Positions 57,030 through 64,000 of a stretch of 64,000 nt of DNA are shown one piece after another. Every line of letters begins with the position of its first letter. Positions within the stretch are counted from its first letter, which is position 1. The stretch lies in IMG/VR virus record IMGVR_UViG_3300024978_000198, one strand, 5' to 3'. A program made the position numbers and the translations under genes. The DNA is from a virus. The notes under the pieces are model-generated. The model did no database searches. It saw only the letters and a list, made by a program, of their open reading frames with translations, and was not told where the DNA came from.

Positions 57030-58847
57030 TCACCCTCTTCCGTTGAGGAACAGGGCCGAAGTGGCGGAAGTCATACCCGAGGCCGGGTAGTCCAGCAGGC
57101 CGAGGCTTCGCAGCGCACCGAGGTTGTTGGCGAACCCGCTGGACGCTGCGGAAACACCGGCTGCTTCGGCGAGGTCGTCTCTCGACATCGGGTCGGGGTA
57201 CGAGTCGATCAACGCGGCGAGAATCCGCCACCTGGCGGGTGAGACGAGGCTCTGGACCTTCCGGTGAAGCTCTTCGTCACTGACGATCGGCACTACCCGG
57301 CCGACAGCTGATCGTCCCTCGTCGGTAAGGCAGACGTGGCTGGGCGCTGGGTAGTCGATCAGACCCATGGTGCGCAGAGCTCCGAGGTTGTTGGCATACC
57401 CGCTGCTCTTCGGCGAAACTCCCGCCCATAGCGCGAGCTGCAGCTTGCCGGCCATTTCGAAGCCGACGCCCTCCAGTGCAGCGGCCGCTTTCAGCAGCTT
57501 CATCCGCGCCGGCGAGATTGACTGATCAGGCGCCGGCGTCTTGACAGTCACCGGATTCGATGCCGGTGGGGTGGCTCTCCTGGTGACGGCTTCGGTGACA
57601 GTGGGGGCAGATTGCCGGTGTCGGGCCGGTAGCTCAGCCTTGCCGGACCTGAGTGCCGCAGTGATGGACGATACCGTCTCGGCGATTTCCCGACTTCGAT
57701 TCTGGGCGTCATCAGCCGACGCGCGCATCACATCGGCCAGGGCACTCGCTTGCTCATCGGACCGCTTCTGCGCGTCCACAAACATGGCTACCGCTGCCTC
57801 CAGTCGGGCCACCAACTTCTCGTCAATCGCCGGCGTCTCGATGATCACCGGCTCGGGAGTCGGTGTGTCCTTCGTCTGAGTGGCGAGCGCCTTCTCCAGC
57901 TGGCGAATCTTGCGGGTCAGCTCCCTCGGGTCGGTCGCCTTCGCACGCTCGATGGTGGCCGCGATCCGGGCGCCGATGGCGTCCAAGTCAACATCGGCTA
58001 GAACCTTCGGCGCCGTCGCGGACTGTCCGCGCTTACGAGTCGGCGACGAATCGAAGGTGCGGGTGCGGCGGATCTGAACCCGTTCCAGGATCTTCTTCTC
58101 TGGGATCCACCACCACGATTCCCCGTTGGCGAGCCCCGGCAGTGATGGGGCGATCTCCTGCCACGTCGCTTCGTCACCCTGGCCACGAACCCAGTCGCGG
58201 ATGGCGTCCCGGTCCTGCGGTGCAGCGACGCGCAGCGCCACAAGACCGTCGACCTGGGTCAGAACGTCCTTGTTCAGCACGGCGGCCCGCTGGGTTGCCA
58301 TGGTGATGCCGATTCCGCGGTTGCGTCCGCGGCGAACAATGTTCTCCATAGTCACCAGCAGATGGGCGTCTTCACGTCTCGGCTTCTGCGGCGCAAGAAG
58401 GTCCGCCTCGTCCACGATGAGGTGCACGAGATCCTTGTTGGTGCGGTACAGCCTGTCCAGGAATGCCGCGGCGAACGAGCGCTCCTGGGTGCGGGAGCCG
58501 AATCCGGATAGGTCGAGAATCATCGACAGCCGTTCCTCGACGACGAGGTCCGCCATAAGCGCGCCAGCGGACGACTCCAGCGGCGCATCGCCGTGATCAC
58601 CTCCGAACACAGGTATCGGGATGCCGCCCTTGCCGCCATCGGCGCCAGCTCGAAGCCCCCAGAACACACCCATCGGGTCCACGATCACGGTTTGCACGCC
58701 AGCGTCGAACAGGGATTCCGCAAGTACGCGTGCGGCGTAGCTCTTCCCGGCGCCGCGCTTGCCGAGCAGTGCGATGCTGGCGCCGGCGATGTAGTCGGCG
58801 TCGAGCTTCATACCGGGTGCGATATCGAGCTCGTTCGTTCTCTTCAT
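57030..58847 (-). CDS. HerA/DUF87-like P-loop ATPase with two C-terminal winged-helix-like repeats
   Basis: LLGKRGAGKSY, LIVDEAD, RRGRNRG, MATQR; duplicated SPAR...AGVS..SSG.ANNLGALR..GL.DYP. Confidence 0.8.
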   Translation of the reverse strand: MKRTNELDIAPGMKLDADYIAGASIALLGKRGAGKSYAARVLAESLFDAGVQTVIVDPMGVFWGLRAGADGGKGGIPIPVFGGDHGDAPLESSAGALMADLVVEERLSMILDLSGFGSRTQERSFAAAFLDRLYRTNKDLVHLIVDEADLLAPQKPRREDAHLLVTMENIVRRGRNRGIGITMATQRAAVLNKDVLTQVDGLVALRVAAPQDRDAIRDWVRGQGDEATWQEIAPSLPGLANGESWWWIPEKKILERVQIRRTRTFDSSPTRKRGQSATAPKVLADVDLDAIGARIAATIERAKATDPRELTRKIRQLEKALATQTKDTPTPEPVIIETPAIDEKLVARLEAAVAMFVDAQKRSDEQASALADVMRASADDAQNRSREIAETVSSITAALRSGKAELPARHRQSAPTVTEAVTRRATPPASNPVTVKTPAPDQSISPARMKLLKAAAALEGVGFEMAGKLQLALWAGVSPKSSGYANNLGALRTMGLIDYPAPSHVCLTDEGRSAVGRVVPIVSDEELHRKVQSLVSPARWRILAALIDSYPDPMSRDDLAEAAGVSAASSGFANNLGALRSLGLLDYPASGMTSATSALFLNGRG

Positions 58848-59350
58848 GGCGCCTCCTTGGTCGCGCCGGTCGATCGAATCGTGACAACCAGCGTCTGCGG
58901 CATCGTGATGGACGAGAGCTCCGGCGGCTGATAGGCGCAGATCGGGTGAGGCGGCAGCCCACATTCGCTACCGTCGCAGGTGCCGGCCTCGGTGTCCTGA
59001 TCCTTCTGCAGCGTCGGATCGATACCAGCTGGCCACAGCCTCACCGACTCGGCGACCGCGACGAATGTAATTGCTCCGTCACCGCTGAAGCCGAGAGTGC
59101 GCAGATTGCACAGGTGTATCGAAGCGAGCAAGCACAGATCGTGCTCGAAGTCTCGGGCGTCGGAGCGGCATTCGAACCGCCAACGGTCGAGTGCGTCGTT
59201 GCTCCAGTCAAAGATTTCGGCGCCGTCCAAGACGGCGAGCACACGGCCTTCAGCGAGATTATGCAGCCTGACGTCCGGTGGTGCGATTCGGATCTCGACG
59301 TTAAACGGTCCGTCTCCATCGATCAGCAGCGGTGTCTCGTCAACCATCAC
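58844..59350 (-). CDS. Hypothetical protein
   Basis: ATGA coupling on both sides. Confidence 0.6.
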   Translation of the reverse strand: MMVDETPLLIDGDGPFNVEIRIAPPDVRLHNLAEGRVLAVLDGAEIFDWSNDALDRWRFECRSDARDFEHDLCLLASIHLCNLRTLGFSGDGAITFVAVAESVRLWPAGIDPTLQKDQDTEAGTCDGSECGLPPHPICAYQPPELSSITMPQTLVVTIRSTGATKEAP

Positions 59351-60024
59351 GCTCCGCCTCCTTCCAGCACGTCGAGCATCTTCGTCGCGTGCGCGTACTT
59401 TGCGGTCAGCCGACCCCTAGTGGCTGGGTCGAGGGCTTCAATGCGCCGTGGATCGGAGTTGTGCGCGATGTCGGCGCGTTTCACCCGGAGCGCGGCGCGG
59501 TTCGTGGCGAGCCGACGGTAGTAGTCGTCGCGTGGTTCGCCTGGACGGTGGGTAATCGCATCAACCGCCTTGGCGATCTCAAGTCCGAAACCGTCTCGGA
59601 TTTCGTCCAAGGTGGTGCTCGTGTCTTCGACGACGTCATGCAGCCAGGCGACGACACCAACGTGGGTGTCGTACGGAAATCGTTCGGAGACAATCCAGTA
59701 CACCGCGGCCGGGTGCAGAATGTACGCCTCGCCTGCCTTGTCTACCTGGCCGGCGTGGGCGTTGATCGCGATGACCATTGCGTCACCGAGGTCGCCGTCG
59801 GTTATGGGGGCGAGTTCTCCGAGCCCCGTTTCGGTGATGCGGTAGTGGAAGTCCAGCGACCGGGCATGTGTCCGGTCGAGCCAGCCGTTTCCGATCGCCC
59901 GTTTGACGGCAGCTTTGCTCAGCTGCCGACCGGTGGCCTTGGAGCGCGCAGTCGACGTCATCCGTTCGATGACGATGCCACCTTCAAGTGCGTCGGCCAG
60001 AACCGCGACGTCAGTGGCCCGCAC
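59347..60024 (-). CDS. HD-domain hydrolase, small SpoT/Mesh1-like; start uncertain
   Basis: AHAGQVDKAGEAYILHP, WLHDVVEDT, VKRADIAHN. Confidence 0.8.
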   Translation of the reverse strand: MRATDVAVLADALEGGIVIERMTSTARSKATGRQLSKAAVKRAIGNGWLDRTHARSLDFHYRITETGLGELAPITDGDLGDAMVIAINAHAGQVDKAGEAYILHPAAVYWIVSERFPYDTHVGVVAWLHDVVEDTSTTLDEIRDGFGLEIAKAVDAITHRPGEPRDDYYRRLATNRAALRVKRADIAHNSDPRRIEALDPATRGRLTAKYAHATKMLDVLEGGGA

Positions 60025-60586
60025 TGTTGTCTCCTTCGGTGAGCTTCCCCAGGATCTCTTCGATGATGCCTGGCCGGTGCTGGTACTGGCCTTTCCGGTC
60101 GACGTGCTTCTCGCACAGGTACACGGCCCTGCCTTCTGCGGTCTCGCCCCACCACCACATGGCTGGCTCGGCGCACACTTCGCAGAACTGGCCGAGTTCG
60201 GCGGCGGTGAACACGTCCGACTTGAACGTGCCGCAATGCTTGCAGAATCCGGCACCGTTGCGGTACCGGGCGTTCTTGCCGGTCTTGCCTCGCGGGTACG
60301 GGGAGTATTCGTGCCGACCATCGTGGCCGGTGCAGTTGAGGTGCCGCTGGTATTGACGCCAGCAGTCGTCCTCGGCGTCGGCTATTGTGGCCGCCTCGCC
60401 GCGCAGGAAGGTGCCGGCGACGAATGCTTCGACGAACGCGGTGCCGTAGGTTTTTCCAGGTTCGCGGGACAGGACGATGCCACGCCCGCCTTGAAGTTGC
60501 GCATCCGCCGGCCAGGGATGTCTCGCGTCGTGCCCGGTGCGCGCAATGGTCTTCCCAGTGTCAGCACCGGTGATCGGGTCAAGCAT
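60011..60586 (-). CDS. Cys-rich hypothetical protein
   Basis: CKHC, CEVC, LCEKH. Confidence 0.65.
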   Translation of the reverse strand: MLDPITGADTGKTIARTGHDARHPWPADAQLQGGRGIVLSREPGKTYGTAFVEAFVAGTFLRGEAATIADAEDDCWRQYQRHLNCTGHDGRHEYSPYPRGKTGKNARYRNGAGFCKHCGTFKSDVFTAAELGQFCEVCAEPAMWWWGETAEGRAVYLCEKHVDRKGQYQHRPGIIEEILGKLTEGDNSAGH

Positions 60587-61085
60587 TGTGCTCCGTCTCC
60601 CAAGCTTCTCGGCTCTTACGATCGATGGGCCCGATCATGGTGTCGACCCACGCGACCGAGCCGTCGCGGGTGACGTGGTTGTCGCCAGCATGGGCGTACG
60701 GCAGCCAGCAGGCGTTCACGTCGATACCTGGGCTGAATGACCCGCAGGTCACTTTGTGGCCGACGTAGTCGCCATGTCCGGCGTACAGTGCGCAGCGCAT
60801 CGGGTCGCCGTAGGAGTTGACGTCCACGGAGGTGCACCGGCCCCAGTCAGATCCGTCCCGCCATGGGGTCGCCTCGCACGAGTAGCACGGGGAGGCAAAC
60901 TGCTTTCCGTGGAACGGGCAGTCGAGCCCTCCGGGGGCTGCGACTTCGACATGGGTCGCGGCGCAGCCCTTGTCGGCGCATTGGTAGTCGCGGCACCTGC
61001 CGCGCTGCCCGACATATTCCCATGTGTGGTCGCCGGGACTTTCGTGCAGAGGTGGCCTCGCTGCTGCGTAGTCGTGATTGCTCAT
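60579..61085 (-). CDS. Cys/His-rich hypothetical protein
   Basis: ATG 5 nt after the class A motif at 61091-61120. Confidence 0.65.
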   Translation of the reverse strand: MSNHDYAAARPPLHESPGDHTWEYVGQRGRCRDYQCADKGCAATHVEVAAPGGLDCPFHGKQFASPCYSCEATPWRDGSDWGRCTSVDVNSYGDPMRCALYAGHGDYVGHKVTCGSFSPGIDVNACWLPYAHAGDNHVTRDGSVAWVDTMIGPIDRKSREAWETEHNA

Positions 61086-61155
61086 GATCTCCTTTTGTGT
61101 GGCGTCCAATTGGCACCCCCGCCATCCCCCGACTCAGGTCCCAGAATGCGGCGAG

Positions 61156-61299
61156 TCAGTTCAGGTACACGGCCAAGCCGATGGCCGTGAGGACAATCCC
61201 CCACCAAGGGATCATTCGCAGAATGCGCCCCACTATTTTCAGGAGGATCATCCAGACGAAGAGGAAGACCATGATCGCGACGAAGATTGTGGTGAGCAT
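61156..61299 (-). CDS. 47-aa hydrophobic two-helix peptide, not in the track
   Basis: Translated by hand: MLTTIFVAIMVFLFVWMILLKIVGRILRMIPWWGIVLTAIGLAVYLN; TGATG overlap with the upstream gene. Confidence 0.6.
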   Translation of the reverse strand: MLTTIFVAIMVFLFVWMILLKIVGRILRMIPWWGIVLTAIGLAVYLN

Positions 61300-61496
61300 C
61301 AGGAGTCACTCTCTTTGACATATCGTTCGCCGAACACGTGTGGATAGCAGGCATGGCGGCGAGTCTGCCCCTCATACACCCAGACGATGTCCCTGAGGGT
61401 GCCCTTCACCCAGTTCACAGATTCGACTCGGACACGGCGTCCGTCCGACTTTCGGCGCCAGACGCTGCCCTGGAAGACCATGCTGTTCTCGGCCAT
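61299..61496 (-). CDS. Small SH3-like hypothetical protein
   Basis: ATG 5 nt after the class A motif at 61502-61531. Confidence 0.65.
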   Translation of the reverse strand: MAENSMVFQGSVWRRKSDGRRVRVESVNWVKGTLRDIVWVYEGQTRRHACYPHVFGERYVKESDS

Positions 61497-61538
61497 GCAC
61501 AGTCCATGTGCGGTGGGTGTCCGGCACCCCCTAGAAAG

Positions 61539-62207
61539 TCATTCGATGTGCCTGCCACGTTGATCGGATAGGGTCATGCGCTTTGCTCCGGTTCGGTAGG
61601 CAGCGATGTCACCGTTGACGGCCGCGATGACGTCCTCGATCTCCCTCACATCAGATGCGGTCGCGCTCTTCACCACCTGAATGGTTTCCTCCGACTTCTG
61701 CGACCGGCATTCTTGGATCTCGAAGACGTCTCTTCGACCGTTAGCCAAAGCGACAAGGTCGGCGAGCTTCCCAGCGCCGGACTTGGTGAGCATGTACTCC
61801 CATTTCGGCCCGTCATCGATCACCACGTCGAATCCGGATGCTGCCACGATCGTGTTTTCGGCGTCTGTGATGGCGTCAATGAGCAGCGCTGACTCGGGAG
61901 CCACAGCGGCCCTGATGTGCTGGCAATACGAGGCGTCGATGGAGTTGAGACCCGGCGAAAAGACCTCGGGGTATTCCGCAGGCGGCGGCGACGCGACTGT
62001 CTGGGCGGCGCTGTTCGTAGGGTACCCGTCAGATTCGGCATCGATCGCGAATGCTCCACCGAATCCAGCGACAATTGGCACCGATATCAGAATCAGTGCT
62101 AGCGCAGTCGCAAGTGCGACGAACAGCGCTGCACGCCAGTCTGTGCGGTTCTCTTCCTTGCAGAGTGCGGCCGCATTCGGCGCCTCCTGTGGCGATCTCT
62201 GCAGCAT
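61539..62207 (-). CDS. Membrane-anchored or secreted hypothetical protein
   Basis: N-terminal hydrophobic segment. Confidence 0.6.
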   Translation of the reverse strand: MLQRSPQEAPNAAALCKEENRTDWRAALFVALATALALILISVPIVAGFGGAFAIDAESDGYPTNSAAQTVASPPPAEYPEVFSPGLNSIDASYCQHIRAAVAPESALLIDAITDAENTIVAASGFDVVIDDGPKWEYMLTKSGAGKLADLVALANGRRDVFEIQECRSQKSEETIQVVKSATASDVREIEDVIAAVNGDIAAYRTGAKRMTLSDQRGRHIE

Positions 62208-62251
62208 GTCTTGGAGCTCTTCTTTCCGTCTTGATGGGAGGATGGTGCCGG

Positions 62252-63598
62252 TCAGTCGTCAACGACGACGACAGTTGCCCAATCCGGGCAGGACTTCTTG
62301 AGCGCCTCGGCGCTCGGGCCGACCAGACAGATCACGAGCGGGATGCGCGTCGGCTCGGTGGGCCACGGCGTTCCGCCGTCTGAAACGACGACGACGACCG
62401 CCGGGTGCGGCTTAAGCGCTTCGGCCGCGGTGATGCCGACGCGCATGTCAGTGCCGCCTCGACCGGCGACTGTTTCCAGTGATTTCGCGGACGTGTAGTC
62501 GATCGTTTCGTGCACTTCGGCGTCCACGTCAAGCACTCGCAGTTCGCGACCGCGAACACCGACTGACCGGCTGATTCCGTCAACCTCGTTGGTCACGGCA
62601 TTCAGATCGTCTGCGCTCATCGACCCGGAGGTGTCGCGCACCACCGCGATCGATGGCTTCGGGGTGTAGGTGCCTGGATAGAACACCCGCCGCCCGTCGG
62701 GAAGTCGCGCGTCGTGTCGTCGCCTGGATCGGCGTGTGGGGTCGGCATCGAAGTCCCCGATCTTCTTGGCGACCGCGCGTTTGACCGCGGAAGCCAGCAC
62801 CTGCCGCCATGGAATCTTCGGCGGGGCCAGCACTTGCTCAGCCCGGGCACGCAGACCGGCCGGAACAGTCCCGCGGCCCTTGGCTGCATGGTCACGGATC
62901 GCTGCCGCTGTCGCTATCTCGACACGGATCTTTTCGGCGTCGGTCGCCCCCGGGGCGAAGGGCTCGCCGCCGGCGGATGAGCCGTCGTCATCGCCCAGTT
63001 CGCACGGCGCACCTTGCCCGCCGGACGCCGACCCGCAGCCGGAGAACTCACCCTGATGCGCGCCTCCCGGCTGCTTTCCGCCAGGCTTTGGCTGCTTCCC
63101 GCCGCGCTGCTGCCGCTGCTTGGCTTTGCGTTCCAGCGGCTCGAAGTACTGCTCGGCGAGCAGGTGATCATCCATTCCGAATCGGGACGGGAGCATCCCA
63201 TCAGACGCGAACGTTTGACAGCCCGCATCGGTGAGGTCATCGTTGATTTCGAGGTCGCAGGCGACGTTCCAATGCCGTTTCAGATTCCCGTGGACTCCGG
63301 CGTCCTCGGCGCGCTGGCGGTGCCGCCCGAAAAGGTGACCGCACTCGTGGAGCATCGATTCGACGCACCATTGATGGGTGTGCCGCTCGTCGGTGCGCAT
63401 CGACTCGAAGTCGACATAGAGCCGGTGCTTGTCGTCGCAGGCGAACGTCCCAAGGCCTGGCGCATCGACGGTCTGCAGCGAGAACAGCATCGCGGCCATG
63501 TACGGCATGATTTCCAGCGCCTCGGTGCGCCACTGCGCAAGAAGATCGAGGTCATCGGTGCTCGGCTTGCGGATCTGCGGGCCAGCCTGTGTGCTCAT
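62252..63598 (-). CDS. DUF2201-type HExxH domain plus C-terminal VWA domain
   Basis: LHECGHL, WNVACDLEIND, VVRDTSGSMS, GRGGTDM, VVSDG; class A motif at 63604-63633. Confidence 0.88.
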   Translation of the reverse strand: MSTQAGPQIRKPSTDDLDLLAQWRTEALEIMPYMAAMLFSLQTVDAPGLGTFACDDKHRLYVDFESMRTDERHTHQWCVESMLHECGHLFGRHRQRAEDAGVHGNLKRHWNVACDLEINDDLTDAGCQTFASDGMLPSRFGMDDHLLAEQYFEPLERKAKQRQQRGGKQPKPGGKQPGGAHQGEFSGCGSASGGQGAPCELGDDDGSSAGGEPFAPGATDAEKIRVEIATAAAIRDHAAKGRGTVPAGLRARAEQVLAPPKIPWRQVLASAVKRAVAKKIGDFDADPTRRSRRRHDARLPDGRRVFYPGTYTPKPSIAVVRDTSGSMSADDLNAVTNEVDGISRSVGVRGRELRVLDVDAEVHETIDYTSAKSLETVAGRGGTDMRVGITAAEALKPHPAVVVVVSDGGTPWPTEPTRIPLVICLVGPSAEALKKSCPDWATVVVVDD

Positions 63599-63656
63599 GC
63601 TCTATACGTGTGCGGCGATCGGCTGGCACCCCCGTGAAAACGTCCGCATTGCCGGG

Positions 63657-64000
63657 TCATGCGCCGGCGAGCGACACGTACAACGGGACGTCGCGTGTGA
63701 CCTGATCTTCCGGAGCCATCTGCTTTCCTGACCAGCGTTTAGCCACCACTGTGCTCGGGAGCGCGAGGAACGGCGCTGCCGAGATCAGCAGGTCCTCGTT
63801 GTCGTGCAGCGCGTTGAACACGGACGTCATGCCGTCGCGGCCACTTCGACTCGACTGCGACTTGGACGAGACGAGCAGCACTTCCATCTGATCGTCTTCG
63901 GTGACCAGGAACTTCTTGACCGAAACGAACGCCATGCTGTTGGTCTCGTGGTCGCACGGGGTGACAATCACGTCGCCTTCCTTGATGCGAACCGGTCCGT
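63657..64000 (-). CDS. Hypothetical protein, 5'-truncated by the window edge
   Basis: Open frame running to the window end. Confidence 0.45.
   Translation of the reverse strand, partial: GPVRIKEGDVIVTPCDHETNSMAFVSVKKFLVTEDDQMEVLLVSSKSQSSRSGRDGMTSVFNALHDNEDLLISAAPFLALPSTVVAKRWSGKQMAPEDQVTRDVPLYVSLAGA

Noticed and set aside
5448-63633. Class A and B motifs as CRISPR repeats, integron attC sites or REP elements
   Set aside because: They are non-palindromic, irregularly spaced, oriented with the downstream gene and at a fixed distance from start codons; no integrase is seen. A recombination role is not fully excluded.
1-64000. Several hundred overlapping antisense or alternate-frame ORFs in the track, such as 24514-25545, 44988-46337 and 10914-11873
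   Set aside because: Expected in high-GC DNA; they overlap better-supported genes and lack domains or start signals.

Overview
GC-rich actinobacterial-type accessory DNA from a large plasmid, prophage or phage-plasmid. It contains no housekeeping operon, rRNA, recognisable tRNA, CRISPR array, or virion, replication-initiator or conjugation genes. Recognisable genes: the right end of an IS256 element interrupting a zinc-ribbon/SF2-helicase/Rrp8-like methyltransferase fusion, DEDDh exonuclease, CCA-adding enzyme, UvrD-like helicase, HipBA, DUF262, a type III R-M pair plus an orphan Mod paralogue, dNMP kinase, MoxR-like AAA+ ATPase and a distant VWA partner, LigA, TrxB, EAL phosphodiesterase, ATP-grasp, NADAR-SLOG fusion, clamp-like protein, HerA-like ATPase and an HD hydrolase. 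The main unexplained structure is a coupled tag and regulatory system. 19 otherwise unrelated proteins between 5.5 and 38 kb share an N-terminal peptide, R(V/I)xxGxPxGGQFxxxxHxE/DxxVxL. 13 of them lie directly behind a CCGCGCATAGAT-type 12-mer, usually exactly 5 nt before the ATG, and the other 6 lie downstream in the same operons. A related bipartite motif, GGGGGTGCC-N9-CCGCACA.....-N5-ATG, occurs 17 times, and 16 of these copies precede untagged genes. I infer two element-specific, largely leaderless promoter classes and a shared targeting or packaging signal on diverse cargo proteins. Several ORF-track starts were corrected using this motif. Domain calls come from motif recognition by eye, not database searches.
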